This document shows, piece after piece, positions 26,269 to 36,165 of a stretch of 43,088 nucleotides of DNA (position 1 is the first letter of the stretch; each line of letters begins with the position of its first letter). The position numbers were made by a program, and so were the translations under genes. The notes beneath the pieces are model-generated. The model had not been told where the DNA came from, searched no databases, and saw nothing but the letters and a program-made list of their open reading frames with translations. Source of the DNA: a virus (lineage: Duplodnaviria > Caudoviricetes); the IMG/VR virus record IMGVR_UViG_3300033067_000992, positions 1-43,088 of that record; one strand, written 5' to 3'.

Positions 26269-27640
26269 TAACTCGCTCTACATAAAAGACCACATGGCCC
26301 GGATGATTTTCGGCGTAGCGGACGGCGCCGTAGTGCGCCAACAGCCGCTGCCACCAGTCATAGTCATGCACCGATAAGTGCAGCTTGTGCCCGATCAGAG
26401 CGCCGCACGCATCCTCGCCGGTATCAATGCGGAAATACACATGCCGCGCCGCCAGAAAGATGTTGCTCAACACCTTACTCACATCGCCGGGCGGGATGTG
26501 CTCCATGACATCGGTGCAAAAGCCGTACTCAGCTTGAACCGCCAGCCGCTCTGTCAAGTCATGCTTTACAAATGACAAGCCCAGCGCCGCCTCGTCGCGG
26601 GCGTTGGCCGCGAAATCCACCAGCACCGGATTGAGCCCCGCCGCCGCCATCGCCACCGAAGCCCGGCCAGTGCCCGCGCCAAAGTCCAGCACCCTCGCCC
26701 CGGCCGGCGGCTTTACCACGTCAAGGAACGTGCCCACCTCGATCTCGCCCGGCGCTACGGCGCGGTATTCGTCGCGCGCCCACAACGCCTCGTACTTGTC
26801 GCGCTCACTGGCGATGGCGTTGTAAGTGTCCGGCAACAGCCCGGTTCCATGCACCGTGATCGCGCAGCCCAATTGCTTCAGCTCATGGGCCACAGCGGGA
26901 AACACTTCGGCCTGCTGGCGCATGGTGAAGCTCGCCACATAGCGCTTGCCGTTGCGTTCCAAGGCGATGCACGGCTCGCCATCGTTCATGGGCTGGCTAA
27001 AGGCATGGGTCGCGTCGTCGCGATGCGACGAGTCGTAGCCAAAGCAGTGAATGTCGCGAAAGCCCATCGTGTAGGCCAAGCCCATCGCCACGTTGCCAAC
27101 GCTGGAATGGCCGATCACGATGGCGTAGTCCGTGTGGTGCTCGAATTGCGGCAAGCGGTCATCGCCCACATGCACCAGCATGGCGTCGTCTTGCGCCTCG
27201 AATAAAACCGGGTCGACTTGGCTGGCGAAGATGTGCTGCGACGCAGGCCCCAGCAAATCCACATTCTCAGGCCGTGCGTCGGCAATGAATTGGTACACCG
27301 GAATGATCGCCCGTCCGGCCAGGAAGCGCGCCGCGCCGTTGAGCGCGAACACCACCGCGCCAGCCCGCGCCAGGGCGCGAATTTTCTCAATATCGTCGCC
27401 AAGGCTAGGCCCTGACCCACACAGCACCGCTACGCCATTGTGAGCGCCTGTGCAGCGCACCCAAGTCTTCGCCGTCGCCGCGTTGGCGTTGATGTTGGCT
27501 AGCAGCCGATCGTCGGGCGTATTGCATTCCATAACGATCGGAATGAGCAAATCAGCGCTCGCTTGTGGGTGGCGCACCCGTGCGAGCATGTCGTGGGAAA
27601 GCAGCGGCGGGATTGCTCCCGCCGCCTTAGTTTCCTGCAT
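26261..27640 (-). CDS. Fusion of a DUF115/Maf (MptE-like) domain and a class I SAM methyltransferase
   Basis: N-terminal half LCGSGPSL, ALNGA, SSVG..A..LAY.MGFR.IH.FGYDSS; C-terminal half VLDFGAGTG and CTDVMEHIP. Confidence 0.85.
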   Translation of the reverse strand: MQETKAAGAIPPLLSHDMLARVRHPQASADLLIPIVMECNTPDDRLLANINANAATAKTWVRCTGAHNGVAVLCGSGPSLGDDIEKIRALARAGAVVFALNGAARFLAGRAIIPVYQFIADARPENVDLLGPASQHIFASQVDPVLFEAQDDAMLVHVGDDRLPQFEHHTDYAIVIGHSSVGNVAMGLAYTMGFRDIHCFGYDSSHRDDATHAFSQPMNDGEPCIALERNGKRYVASFTMRQQAEVFPAVAHELKQLGCAITVHGTGLLPDTYNAIASERDKYEALWARDEYRAVAPGEIEVGTFLDVVKPPAGARVLDFGAGTGRASVAMAAAGLNPVLVDFAANARDEAALGLSFVKHDLTERLAVQAEYGFCTDVMEHIPPGDVSKVLSNIFLAARHVYFRIDTGEDACGALIGHKLHLSVHDYDWWQRLLAHYGAVRYAENHPGHVVFYVERVNG

Positions 27641-28128
27641 CAAGTGACGCGGCCTTGCATATGTGGCCGCATCAAATTGACCTTCCCAGTGCCCACCGTG
27701 GCGGAGCAGATAGCCGCCGTCAGCGCTCCCTGGATTTCCTTACCCGACGCGCTTGCCGCGATCAGGCCGACCGTCTTGCAGCCAACCGCCAAGCCGGCGG
27801 CAAACGACAGCGCGGAGGTCTTTTTGAAGATCGCCACGCCGCTGATTTGATACCAGCCATAATTGGACGCCACGCACGCGCTCATGGCCACCGCCACCGG
27901 TTCGGGCTTGTTAGTCCCGACCGGCGCCAGCGCCGTGATGTGCGTTGACGGGTTGAAGGTGACAAGTGAGCCAACCACCGTTGAGGCGATGCCTTGCAGG
28001 TAGACGAACTCGCCTTCGCCATAGGTTGGGTCTTTGCCCTTGGTGATCGTGCCCAAGGGGAAGATTTGGGTGGTGCCGAAGCCCGTCAGATCGACGCCGA
28101 GGAGCTGGCCGGTTGCGTAATAAGTCAT
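27640..28128 (-). CDS. Capsid decoration/minor head protein
   Basis: Directly after the capsid gene; D...G.GEFVYL and YGWYQI.G motifs. Confidence 0.75.
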   Translation of the reverse strand: MTYYATGQLLGVDLTGFGTTQIFPLGTITKGKDPTYGEGEFVYLQGIASTVVGSLVTFNPSTHITALAPVGTNKPEPVAVAMSACVASNYGWYQISGVAIFKKTSALSFAAGLAVGCKTVGLIAASASGKEIQGALTAAICSATVGTGKVNLMRPHMQGRVT

Positions 28129-28133
28129 GGCCC

Positions 28134-29111
28134 TTACTCCTTGCCTTTGCCTTGCAGCTGACGATTGGAGACGGCCATGTTGCCCGCCCACAAGATCAGT
28201 TGCACGGTCGCGTCTTGGGAGACGCTTTGGCGCTCGCCGCCGACAATTTCCGCGTCCCGATCACTGTGCGTGATGTGGGCGAGATAGTCGGTGTTGAGCA
28301 TGTACAGGGTCGACGCGGCGGTATGCGTCCGGCCTGAGTTGATGATGCCGCCGTCGAGGATAACGTCGGAATTTACGAACTTGAGGCCAGTAAAGCCCGC
28401 CGTTGCATCGCCGTCGCCGGTAATGCGTTGGATCGACACCAGCGAGCCCCAGAACAAGTTGTAGTAAGCGTTGTCCATGGGGATCAGGTCGGGCTTGTCG
28501 TTATTGCGGATGCACGAAATCCACAACGTCCGCATCGCCGCCTGGATGTTCGATGATGTCGTAACGCCGCCGTTGGACGTAGAGAAGTCCAAGATTTGGT
28601 TACGCCACCAGGTATAGGTCGAGCCGGAAATGCCGCCTACCGTGTTAGTGTTGGTAAACGGCGCGATCAGTTCGAGGCCGCCGATTTCCTTACCGCCGGT
28701 GCCCGTGCCATCCGCATAGACCTGTGAGCCCATTTGGTTGACGAAGGTGCGCCGTGCGTTGTCGATCTTGGCGGTGAGCAACTTGATGACGGCTAGGCGG
28801 CCGCTGTTGCGCAACTGTTCGAGGCCGGAAATCGACACCGCGATCGACGCCTGTTTCCAGTCGAAAACCGCCGCATCAATGAAGTCGTTAACCGCAATAT
28901 TGAGCGTCTCATATCCGCTGTAGAATTGGAACGAGCCGTTTTCCGCGTATTGGAGGGGAAACACGATGTCTCGACCGCCGTCGAGCATCATGCGCGACTT
29001 CTTGCGAAGCCTGTTGTACAGGGCAACGTTGTCAGACATGGCGTCGCGCATTTCGCTTTGGCGATTACGCAACGTCGTGGTGAGTAGTTGCCCAATGTTT
29101 ACGTCTGCCAT
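28134..29111 (-). CDS. Major capsid protein
   Basis: 325 aa after the scaffold; TTTLRNR..E..D....N.AL..RL, GG..I..PL.Y, YSGYE.L, Y.DGT, YMLNT.Y and ILWAGN...NR.LQG motifs. Confidence 0.9.
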   Translation of the reverse strand: MADVNIGQLLTTTLRNRQSEMRDAMSDNVALYNRLRKKSRMMLDGGRDIVFPLQYAENGSFQFYSGYETLNIAVNDFIDAAVFDWKQASIAVSISGLEQLRNSGRLAVIKLLTAKIDNARRTFVNQMGSQVYADGTGTGGKEIGGLELIAPFTNTNTVGGISGSTYTWWRNQILDFSTSNGGVTTSSNIQAAMRTLWISCIRNNDKPDLIPMDNAYYNLFWGSLVSIQRITGDGDATAGFTGLKFVNSDVILDGGIINSGRTHTAASTLYMLNTDYLAHITHSDRDAEIVGGERQSVSQDATVQLILWAGNMAVSNRQLQGKGKE

Positions 29112-29145
29112 TGGGTTAAATTCCTAGGTAAGCCGCGTTGAGGCC

Positions 29146-30129
29146 CTACATCAGCCCGTCGAACCGGGCCGCAAGCTCCTCTTGCAGCGTCATGGTGGGT
29201 TTGCGTGCGGCCCCGTTAGTCTGAGCGCCGCCTCGCGGTGATGTCGCGCCGGCTGCTCTGGCCTTCGCAATCTCCGCCGCGCGCTGGTCCTCAAGGATGC
29301 GCTGGCGAAGTTGCGGGTGAGCGTGCAACGCGCTTTCATATAACTGGTCCAAGGTGGCCCCCCTGTTTGCCGGCGCTTGCGCGAGCGAAGCCATAAGCTC
29401 GCGCACATCGGCAAAGTGAGGCTTGTCCTTCGACCAGTCCTGAATTTGTGCTTCGAGCGCCGCGCGCTGCGCGTTCTGCCCTTGCTGTTTGTATTGCGAC
29501 AGCTCGCTCTTGATCGCCGCCAACTCTTGCTGGATGGGGTCAATCCGTTGCGGCTGCTGGCCGTTGGCGGCCATCCAATCGGCCAAGCCGATGATGTCGG
29601 TCTTGAGGTACGTCTGGCAAATCCAATTCATGGCCTCGACCGGATTGGTGCGCAGATAGTTGTCCGCGTTCACCAAGTTCTCAACGTATTGCTGCGGCGT
29701 TGACCCTGACGCGGCCAGCTCTTGCGCGTACGGGGCCAGCTTTTGGGCGAGCGGTTCCCACGCCTTGGCGGCCGTGGCGTGCTTCTCAATGCCCTGCATC
29801 GCCTCTTTTTCGCGGGTCTCAAGCGCCTTGCGGAACGGTTCGGCCAGCGTTTCCCACTTGCCGTATTCCTCTTTGTACCAAAGCGGCTTCCACTGCTTGG
29901 CGGGCGCATCGGGCTTGGGTTCGGTCTTCGCCTCAACGGCCGGCTCCGCCGCCGGCTCTTTCGGCTCCTTGGCGACAAAGCGGCGGCCTTCGCGAACGTA
30001 TTCGCGCTCAACTTTCTGCTCTGGCGTTTCGCCTTCGGCGGCGCCCTCTACGGCCGGCGGCTTGCCTGCCCCATCCAGCGCCGCATTCAGTTCGGCCAGC
30101 AGGTCGTCTTCGCTGCCTTCAATTTCCAT
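29146..30129 (-). CDS. Scaffolding protein
   Basis: Acidic, helical, upstream of the capsid gene; HF.DVR..M and TL.EEL.A C-terminus. Confidence 0.8.
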   Translation of the reverse strand: MEIEGSEDDLLAELNAALDGAGKPPAVEGAAEGETPEQKVEREYVREGRRFVAKEPKEPAAEPAVEAKTEPKPDAPAKQWKPLWYKEEYGKWETLAEPFRKALETREKEAMQGIEKHATAAKAWEPLAQKLAPYAQELAASGSTPQQYVENLVNADNYLRTNPVEAMNWICQTYLKTDIIGLADWMAANGQQPQRIDPIQQELAAIKSELSQYKQQGQNAQRAALEAQIQDWSKDKPHFADVRELMASLAQAPANRGATLDQLYESALHAHPQLRQRILEDQRAAEIAKARAAGATSPRGGAQTNGAARKPTMTLQEELAARFDGLM

Positions 30130-30526
30130 CGCCAACGTCCTCGCTATAATTGAAATTCTTCATATCGCACTCGGAACTCAGCCCAAGCTCATGCAGCGCA
30201 TCGTTGACGCCCGCCGCCGTCACTTCCGGGTCAAGCGGTACGTCATAGCGGCGGATGCTGGCGGCGTGTTCGTTGCCGACCTCGATACAGCCCGCCTCGC
30301 GCGTGGCTTGGCGATACGCCGCCTTGCTGTCGATCTTCTTGCACGCCGCGTGGTGGTAGAGGCCATTGACGCCGCCCGGCAGGCTGTCGCGGATCACATA
30401 GGGCGACGGCAGATCGGAGCGGTTCGGCTCCGGCTCCATGCAGTTATGCGGCCAGTTGCCAACTTCGTGCAGATCGCCGCAATAGCGGCAATGCCGCTTG
30501 CGGCTGACGACGCGGCCCTGGATCAT
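30119..30526 (-). CDS. Conserved pre-scaffold protein with Cys/His motif
   Basis: CRYCG.LH....P..C and SK..YR..TR..GC.EVGNE. Confidence 0.7.
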   Translation of the reverse strand: MIQGRVVSRKRHCRYCGDLHEVGNWPHNCMEPEPNRSDLPSPYVIRDSLPGGVNGLYHHAACKKIDSKAAYRQATREAGCIEVGNEHAASIRRYDVPLDPEVTAAGVNDALHELGLSSECDMKNFNYSEDVGDGN

Positions 30527-31077
30527 CGAGCGCGCCGCGCTCCGATATAGCCGTAAACCTTGAACGTGGACGTGGCGAACGTCGCCTTAGCCGATAGATA
30601 GACCGTGGTGGTGCTCGCCACTGAGATGCGGCGCTGCCCGACTGGATAGATCATGTTGCCGCCCGTGGTGATCGCAGTGGCGTTTTGCACGAACGCGCCC
30701 GCGTTTGGAATAGTCGGCACCGTGGCGCTGACCGTGTTGATCCAGCCCTGGAACAGCGTTGACGTTGTGGTGCCACCAAGGTCGGTGGCGATTTCCCCCC
30801 ACACATCCCAATCTCCCGCCGTCAGGGAAACCGTGGCGACATCGGCTGCAGTCCCTGTCGAAAGCGACACTTCAGCGCCGATCAGAACCGTAGTTTCCAG
30901 AATTTCGCTGACTGAGCCGGCCGCTGCGTTGTCATTGGTGGTCGTGCCGACGTTCATAAACGTCTTAAGCTGCGTCCCCGTGACCTTCTTAGTCGTGCCT
31001 GCCTCGTTGATGGGCAATTCATTGGCGCCCGCAGCGGCGCTCGCCGCCGTCAGCGCGGAAATCTTTGTATCAGCCAC
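30523..31077 (-). CDS. Putative virion fibre/decoration protein
   Basis: MADTKISAL N-terminus; SLTAGDWDV.G and Y.SA.A.F......YG.I.ARR.R beta-sandwich C-terminus. Confidence 0.65.
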   Translation of the reverse strand: MADTKISALTAASAAAGANELPINEAGTTKKVTGTQLKTFMNVGTTTNDNAAAGSVSEILETTVLIGAEVSLSTGTAADVATVSLTAGDWDVWGEIATDLGGTTTSTLFQGWINTVSATVPTIPNAGAFVQNATAITTGGNMIYPVGQRRISVASTTTVYLSAKATFATSTFKVYGYIGARRAR

Positions 31078-31320
31078 CTAGAACGTCTCCATCAGCAAAC
31101 GGTCGCCCGTTTCCAGCAAAATTGCATCGCCCGTTTCCATTTCGATGCGGCCGCCCCAAACGCTGCCATCATCTTGCACCAGGCAAACCCCTGGCGCGCC
31201 CGATGTTACTAGCGTGATCGGAGGCGCACCGCTTTGCACTGGCGTCATGGGCGCGGCGCCGCTCGCCACTTCCACGTAAGCAGGCGCTCCACTCGCGACG
31301 ATGACAACCGGCGTAGCCAT
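31078..31320 (-). CDS. Small repeat protein (SGAP repeats, ETGD tail)
   Basis: Four V.SGA(P) units, then METGDAILLETGDRLLME. Confidence 0.65.
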   Translation of the reverse strand: MATPVVIVASGAPAYVEVASGAAPMTPVQSGAPPITLVTSGAPGVCLVQDDGSVWGGRIEMETGDAILLETGDRLLMETF

Positions 31321-31568
31321 TAATTGGTCGGCCCCGGCGGGCGGTCGGCGTGATAAAGGCCGCGCGCCTTCGCCACCGACGACTTGAACACTTGCATGAT
31401 CGCTTCCGGGTCTTGGGCCGCTTCCGACGCCATCACCGCATCAAGCACACCCTCGAAGGCATCCCAGTCGATATAGGCCACCGCGTTCGGTTCGGCCCTT
31501 GCCACGTTGGCGACCAGCAACTCACGCGCGCGACGGCGGTCGTTTGATGTGAAGTTCATGCCGCCCAA
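31320..31568 (-). CDS. Hypothetical protein
   Basis: 82-aa ORF coupled to its neighbours. Confidence 0.55.
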   Translation of the reverse strand: MGGMNFTSNDRRRARELLVANVARAEPNAVAYIDWDAFEGVLDAVMASEAAQDPEAIMQVFKSSVAKARGLYHADRPPGPTN

Positions 31569-32236
31569 TCCAAAAGCATCAAGGTTTCCTCATCGTCTTC
31601 GTCATCATGCGCGACCGCCAATGCAGGCGATCGTTTAGCGGCAAGCTTGACAATCTCCACCGGCGCCGATGCCGGCTTCGGATGATCGAGCGGATTGCCC
31701 GCCTGCGCATCATAGGCCGCGCCAAGCTCGGCGCGGATATTTTCTTCAAGCCATTTGCCAGCCCGGCGCTTCCGATCTGAACCGGATTCCGGCCCCCAGT
31801 AACCGCTGCCCGCGTTGATAACCGCGCCACCGCTCGCAGCAAGCGCGTCATCCGCTTCCGTAACAGCCAAGTCGGCGGTTACGGTTGACGACACCAACGT
31901 TGCGTCAGCAGACAGCGCATCGTCGGCTTCCGTCGCCGACAGGGCCGCCGAAAGCACCAGCACCGCAGCGGCAGCAAGCGCGTCGTCCGCCTCGGTAGCC
32001 GCCAGAGTGGCGATCAGCAGCAGCGCCGCCGCCGCCGTCAGCGCATCGTCGGCCTCAGTGACCGCCAGCGCCGCAGAGAGCGCCAGCATCGACGTGGAGG
32101 CTAGAAGATCGTCCGCCTCCGTGACCGCCAGATTAGCGGTCAGCGCTCCGCCTATGTCGGCGGTAGTTGGATCATAGAGCCGAACGTCAGCCCGGTTTGC
32201 GTCGCTCGGAACTGACCTTAGAAAAATATCAGGCAC
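31556..32236 (-). CDS. Accessory virion-region protein with five ~21-aa TEADD.L repeats
   Basis: Repeats are visible in the translation; DDEDDEE.L.L C-terminus. Confidence 0.7.
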   Translation of the reverse strand: MPDIFLRSVPSDANRADVRLYDPTTADIGGALTANLAVTEADDLLASTSMLALSAALAVTEADDALTAAAALLLIATLAATEADDALAAAAVLVLSAALSATEADDALSADATLVSSTVTADLAVTEADDALAASGGAVINAGSGYWGPESGSDRKRRAGKWLEENIRAELGAAYDAQAGNPLDHPKPASAPVEIVKLAAKRSPALAVAHDDEDDEETLMLLDWAA

Positions 32237-32822
32237 TGGTTGGCGTCACCGTGTTGAGCGTGACGCCCGCCACATCGGGCGATCCCGGCTTATAAGCAAG
32301 CGCTTGATAGGCCGTATTGAGCGGCACGCCGATGGCAAAGTTGCCGGAGCCATCGGAAACAGCTTCCGCCACGACTGGCGCCGACGCCACTGCAATGCGG
32401 CCCGTTTCAAGCACCACAACACGGCACGCACCAAGCGCCGTTCCCACGTTGTCCCGAGTGACCCCGGTGATTTGCCACAACACACTCGCCTGCGTGTACA
32501 CATTCAGCAATGCATTGCCCCGAGTGAATGGAACTAACGCACCACAAGACGAGGATATGCAGGCATTGTTAGCGATTTGGGTTCCCGCAAATAAGTCTGA
32601 GTTGGCCGTATAAGGCGTATAATCAGGATGCATCGGCGGATAGTTTTGTTGCCCCGCGATTGTCGGCCAAGCTGATAATGCCTCGCCAGCGCTCACCTGG
32701 GTGCTCGCCATCATTGGCGCCACGCCGGCGTGAACCCCCATGGCAATAGCCGACAGCCGCATCTCTTCGCCTTGCAAAATCTGATCGGCTGGGTCGGCGG
32801 CAAGGGTACGAATAACCGGCAT
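32229..32822 (-). CDS. Protein with C-terminal Ig/prealbumin-like beta domain
   Basis: ITGVTRD..G..L....V.......V....SDGSGNF...AYK.GSPDVAGVT. Confidence 0.6.
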   Translation of the reverse strand: MPVIRTLAADPADQILQGEEMRLSAIAMGVHAGVAPMMASTQVSAGEALSAWPTIAGQQNYPPMHPDYTPYTANSDLFAGTQIANNACISSSCGALVPFTRGNALLNVYTQASVLWQITGVTRDNVGTALGACRVVVLETGRIAVASAPVVAEAVSDGSGNFAIGVPLNTAYQALAYKPGSPDVAGVTLNTVTPTSA

Positions 32823-33374
32823 TTACGGCGTCAATTGCTCAATCATAAACGAGTGTAGCGTCATCGAGCCGGTCGCAACCGTCTGCGTGAAAAAGAAGTC
32901 CAGCGTCAATGCTGACTGCGAATTAAAGCCCGTTCCGACAACAGGCGCGGTGTTGTATGGCAGCGTATTGCCGCCTGGCCCCGGCCCGGTCGCAGGCAAC
33001 GCCGTCAACAATGCCGCTTCTGAAAACCAATTGCCCTGTCCGATAAGATTCGCGCTGGTGCCAGAGCCTACCGCGCGACAAGTCAACATCACGTCCAGCG
33101 TCCAAGGCACGTTCGTTTTAGCCACGATGTTGAGCGGGATGGCGAGGGTGTCGAAGGCAACCACGCCACCAAGGCGCAAGTCCCAGCGCGCCGTTCCCGG
33201 TGTGGTGACGGCGCAAGAAATGCGACCGCGAGCCGTAAGCCGCCAAATGCGCCCAATTTGCCAATAGCCGGCCGGCAATGTGGTTGGAACGTAAGTCGGA
33301 ACGCACGACGCCGCTGCGGCGGCCGTTAGAGTTGGGCCGTCAGTGTAGGCGGAAGCAATAACCTGGGCTGGCAT
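32823..33374 (-). CDS. Putative virion accessory beta protein
   Basis: 183-aa T/A/G-rich ORF in a tightly coupled operon. Confidence 0.6.
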   Translation of the reverse strand: MPAQVIASAYTDGPTLTAAAAASCVPTYVPTTLPAGYWQIGRIWRLTARGRISCAVTTPGTARWDLRLGGVVAFDTLAIPLNIVAKTNVPWTLDVMLTCRAVGSGTSANLIGQGNWFSEAALLTALPATGPGPGGNTLPYNTAPVVGTGFNSQSALTLDFFFTQTVATGSMTLHSFMIEQLTP

Positions 33375-33763
33375 TAAGCATTACCTGCTGTGATGGTGAA
33401 TGTGTTGACCGTGACCGTCTGCCCGTTGGAAACGACCGTTGACGGGGTGAACGTCATCGCCGTGGTGTCGCCTTGGATATGACAGGTGGTCACGCCGCTA
33501 TCGTAAATCCGCCAAGACGCAATCGTCCCGCCTGCCGACGCCGTGCCGCTCCACACGCCGCTGAGCGCCTTGGTCCCCGCGCCCGCGTTGGCGAGGTAAT
33601 CCGCCGGCAGCGTGATCGTGCATAGCAGGCCAGCCGGGTCAGCCGCCGCGCAATTGGCCGGCAACGCTCCCGAAAACAGCTTGAGCACCGCCGATGCGCC
33701 GATGGTCGTTTCAACCGCGTCAAGCTTGGCGTTGCGGACCGCTACCCCGTATTGGTAGGCCAC
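33374..33763 (-). CDS. Putative virion structural protein
   Basis: VRNA.LDA....IG....L..FSG..PA, then GQTV.V..F.IT.GNA, a common phage structural family. Confidence 0.7.
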   Translation of the reverse strand: MAYQYGVAVRNAKLDAVETTIGASAVLKLFSGALPANCAAADPAGLLCTITLPADYLANAGAGTKALSGVWSGTASAGGTIASWRIYDSGVTTCHIQGDTTAMTFTPSTVVSNGQTVTVNTFTITAGNA

Positions 33764-36165
33764 TATTCAAAGCCCTCGACTTTGCCGTCCTTGCCGCGCT
33801 TGACCGTCTTGGGACGCGCCAGATACTTCAGCCCTTCGCCGATCGCCTTCAGCCCTTCGCCGATCGCCTCCCCGGACTTGTCTTCTTTCGGTTCGGGCGG
33901 CGCTTCGGCCTCCGCTTCGGCGGCCGCAGCTTTGCTCGACTCGCTGGCTTGGTGCTGAAGTTCTTTGTCCTTCATTGCGCCGGCGGCGTCGATCTTGTGG
34001 TGCTCAATCGCCGAACGGTCATTGATTTCTTGGCCGCGCAAATCCAACTCACGCTGCTTGATCTCTAGCTCCTTCGCCTTCAGCAAGGCGTCGATCCGAA
34101 GCTTTTGCTTATCCAACTCGAACCGCATCTTCTCGATCTCGGCGTTTTGAGCCGTCTCGCCCGCCTTCAACTGAAGCTCTTGGCCCTTCAATGCCTGTTC
34201 GCTCTGAGCCGTCACCGCGTTGGCTTGCAGCTCTTGGCCCTTCAAGGCCAGATCGCCCTTCGCCCGTTCGACTTCGGCCTGGACCTTCATCATCTCCGGG
34301 TCAGGCGGCGGCGGGCCCTTCGGCTTGGCGGCTGCCTCAACCGCCTGCTCAATCACCTGCTCAAGCTGATCGACCTTATCGAAGCGCCGCACCCCAAACA
34401 GCAGCAATTCGCCCACCAGCTTGGCCGCTTCCGGCGACGAAGACGCCATCGGCGCCGCCGCTTCCATGAATTGCACCATCGCCGTCATGAACTCGGTGGC
34501 GACCTGCTTCTCTTCCTGCATGTCGGGTTCGAGCGTCGAATCCGTCTCAACGTCGATGCGGAAATTACGTGACGCATCGTCACGCAGCAGCTTCTCAACC
34601 TGCGCCAAGAATTGCGCCACCATCTGCTGTTGCTGCTGCTGCGCGGCCTGCGCCTGCAATGCCTGTTGCGCCTGGGCCTGCATGGCCGCCACTGGGTTCG
34701 GCGGCTGGCCCGGTTGCTGTTGCTGGGGTGGCCCGGCCTGCGCCGGCGGCGCTTGGGGCGGCGGCGGTTGCGGGACGTATTTGGCGATCAACTCCGCGTC
34801 CAGGCCAGCCATCTGCGCAATGGTGCGGAATTGGAATTGTTCGCTGATCACTTCGGCCTTCAGCCGCATGATGTCAGCGGCGAACCGCATCACGTCTTTC
34901 TGAATACGCCGCACCCGCAGCGAGCCCCACTTGGCTTTGATGCCTTGTGCCGTCGCAGTCTCGTTGGGGTCCGTTGATCCCCGCAGAATGTCGCCAATCC
35001 CACTCACCTCGTAGAGCGTCTGCTTGGCTTGGTCGCGAACTTCGTAGAGGCCCTTGAGCACTTCCATGACGATTTCAACCGGGAAGAACTCAACCCGGCC
35101 CTTGGCCCCGCCGCCTTCCGCGAACATCGCCCAATTCTTCACCGCGATCATGCGGTTATCGGACGCTTCCAGCATGGTCGCCAACTCGGCGCTCTCGCTG
35201 GCGTATATGCCCACCACCTTGAGCGCTTTTTGCAGCACCCCGATGCGCTCGCTGCACCGGTTCAGCTCTTCGGCTTGGTCCTGATACAGCGCATAGTCCG
35301 GCGTCGGGATCAGGCTCTTGCTGGTGGTCGTCGCCAACAGCGGGCGCGGGCATGGCCAGAAGTCGCGGAACTTCACCGGCGGCGGACGCATCCCGATAAT
35401 GGCGTCCTCGTCGCTGCCCGGCGCGACATAGATGACTTGGCGGCTATCCTTGTCCCAGACTTCCCAAATCTTGCACTTGGAGCGCTCGTCCTTCAGCCCC
35501 TCTTGCGATTTGTCGCCTTCGTTGCTCACGTCCATCGTGAGCTTCGCCGCCACGCTGGGGTCTAGCTCAAGCTGTTGCAGCCATGCCCCAATCTCGCTGC
35601 GCGTCTTGTAGAACGCCCGCGCTACCCAGCGATTCTCATTCCAGGTCCGGCAAACGCTATGCAGGAAGTCCAGCCACGGCACATACTCAGCCGTCACGTC
35701 CTCATAGGCCAGATGCCCGCCCACGATTTGCGGCTCGTAGAATACCCACACCTGACCCCGGCCAGGCAACAGCCTGTCCCGCACCGCTTGGTCGATTTGG
35801 TTGTCGAAGTCGTAAAGCTCGCAGCTCGTCTCTAGGCAGCGCTCAAGCAGCATGGACGCCAGCCGCGCGATTGGGTCGCGGTCGTGGTAGCGCCGCACCG
35901 CGCGGGCCTTCGGGGTGTTCATGTACACCGCTGGCCGCAACGTCTCGACGTTGGACCACAGAATATTGAACTTGCGCGAGCGGTCAGCCGTTATGTCGCG
36001 CTCGTCGTTGTATATCTTTTCGACCTTCTTGGCGCGGGCCTCCCATTTGGCCTGCTGCTTCTGGCTCGCGGCGATCTCGGCGCACCATTTGCGCGCCAGC
36101 CCCGCCATATCGGCGGGCGGCTTGTCGAGGTCTTCGGTGCTTGCGGCCGGAACCTCGTCAGCCAC
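33763..36165 (-). CDS. Portal protein
   Basis: 800 aa after TerL; FNILWSNVE.L.PA.Y...P, WEVWDK, F.PCPRPL, ETATAQ.IK..W and FRIDVETDST motifs. Confidence 0.92.
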   Translation of the reverse strand: MADEVPAASTEDLDKPPADMAGLARKWCAEIAASQKQQAKWEARAKKVEKIYNDERDITADRSRKFNILWSNVETLRPAVYMNTPKARAVRRYHDRDPIARLASMLLERCLETSCELYDFDNQIDQAVRDRLLPGRGQVWVFYEPQIVGGHLAYEDVTAEYVPWLDFLHSVCRTWNENRWVARAFYKTRSEIGAWLQQLELDPSVAAKLTMDVSNEGDKSQEGLKDERSKCKIWEVWDKDSRQVIYVAPGSDEDAIIGMRPPPVKFRDFWPCPRPLLATTTSKSLIPTPDYALYQDQAEELNRCSERIGVLQKALKVVGIYASESAELATMLEASDNRMIAVKNWAMFAEGGGAKGRVEFFPVEIVMEVLKGLYEVRDQAKQTLYEVSGIGDILRGSTDPNETATAQGIKAKWGSLRVRRIQKDVMRFAADIMRLKAEVISEQFQFRTIAQMAGLDAELIAKYVPQPPPPQAPPAQAGPPQQQQPGQPPNPVAAMQAQAQQALQAQAAQQQQQQMVAQFLAQVEKLLRDDASRNFRIDVETDSTLEPDMQEEKQVATEFMTAMVQFMEAAAPMASSSPEAAKLVGELLLFGVRRFDKVDQLEQVIEQAVEAAAKPKGPPPPDPEMMKVQAEVERAKGDLALKGQELQANAVTAQSEQALKGQELQLKAGETAQNAEIEKMRFELDKQKLRIDALLKAKELEIKQRELDLRGQEINDRSAIEHHKIDAAGAMKDKELQHQASESSKAAAAEAEAEAPPEPKEDKSGEAIGEGLKAIGEGLKYLARPKTVKRGKDGKVEGFE

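Noticed and set aside
28128-28191. Programmed frameshift fusing capsid to decoration protein
   Set aside because: The downstream frame is open briefly upstream, but there is no clear slippery heptamer and the decoration gene has its own AAGGAG RBS and ATG.
329-31080. TAG read-through or recoding, since several TAG stops are followed in frame by the next ORF (near 329, 6660, 9369, 31078)
   Set aside because: Each downstream ORF has its own RBS and a plausible N-terminus, conserved genes are not interrupted by TAG, and no suppressor tRNA was seen.
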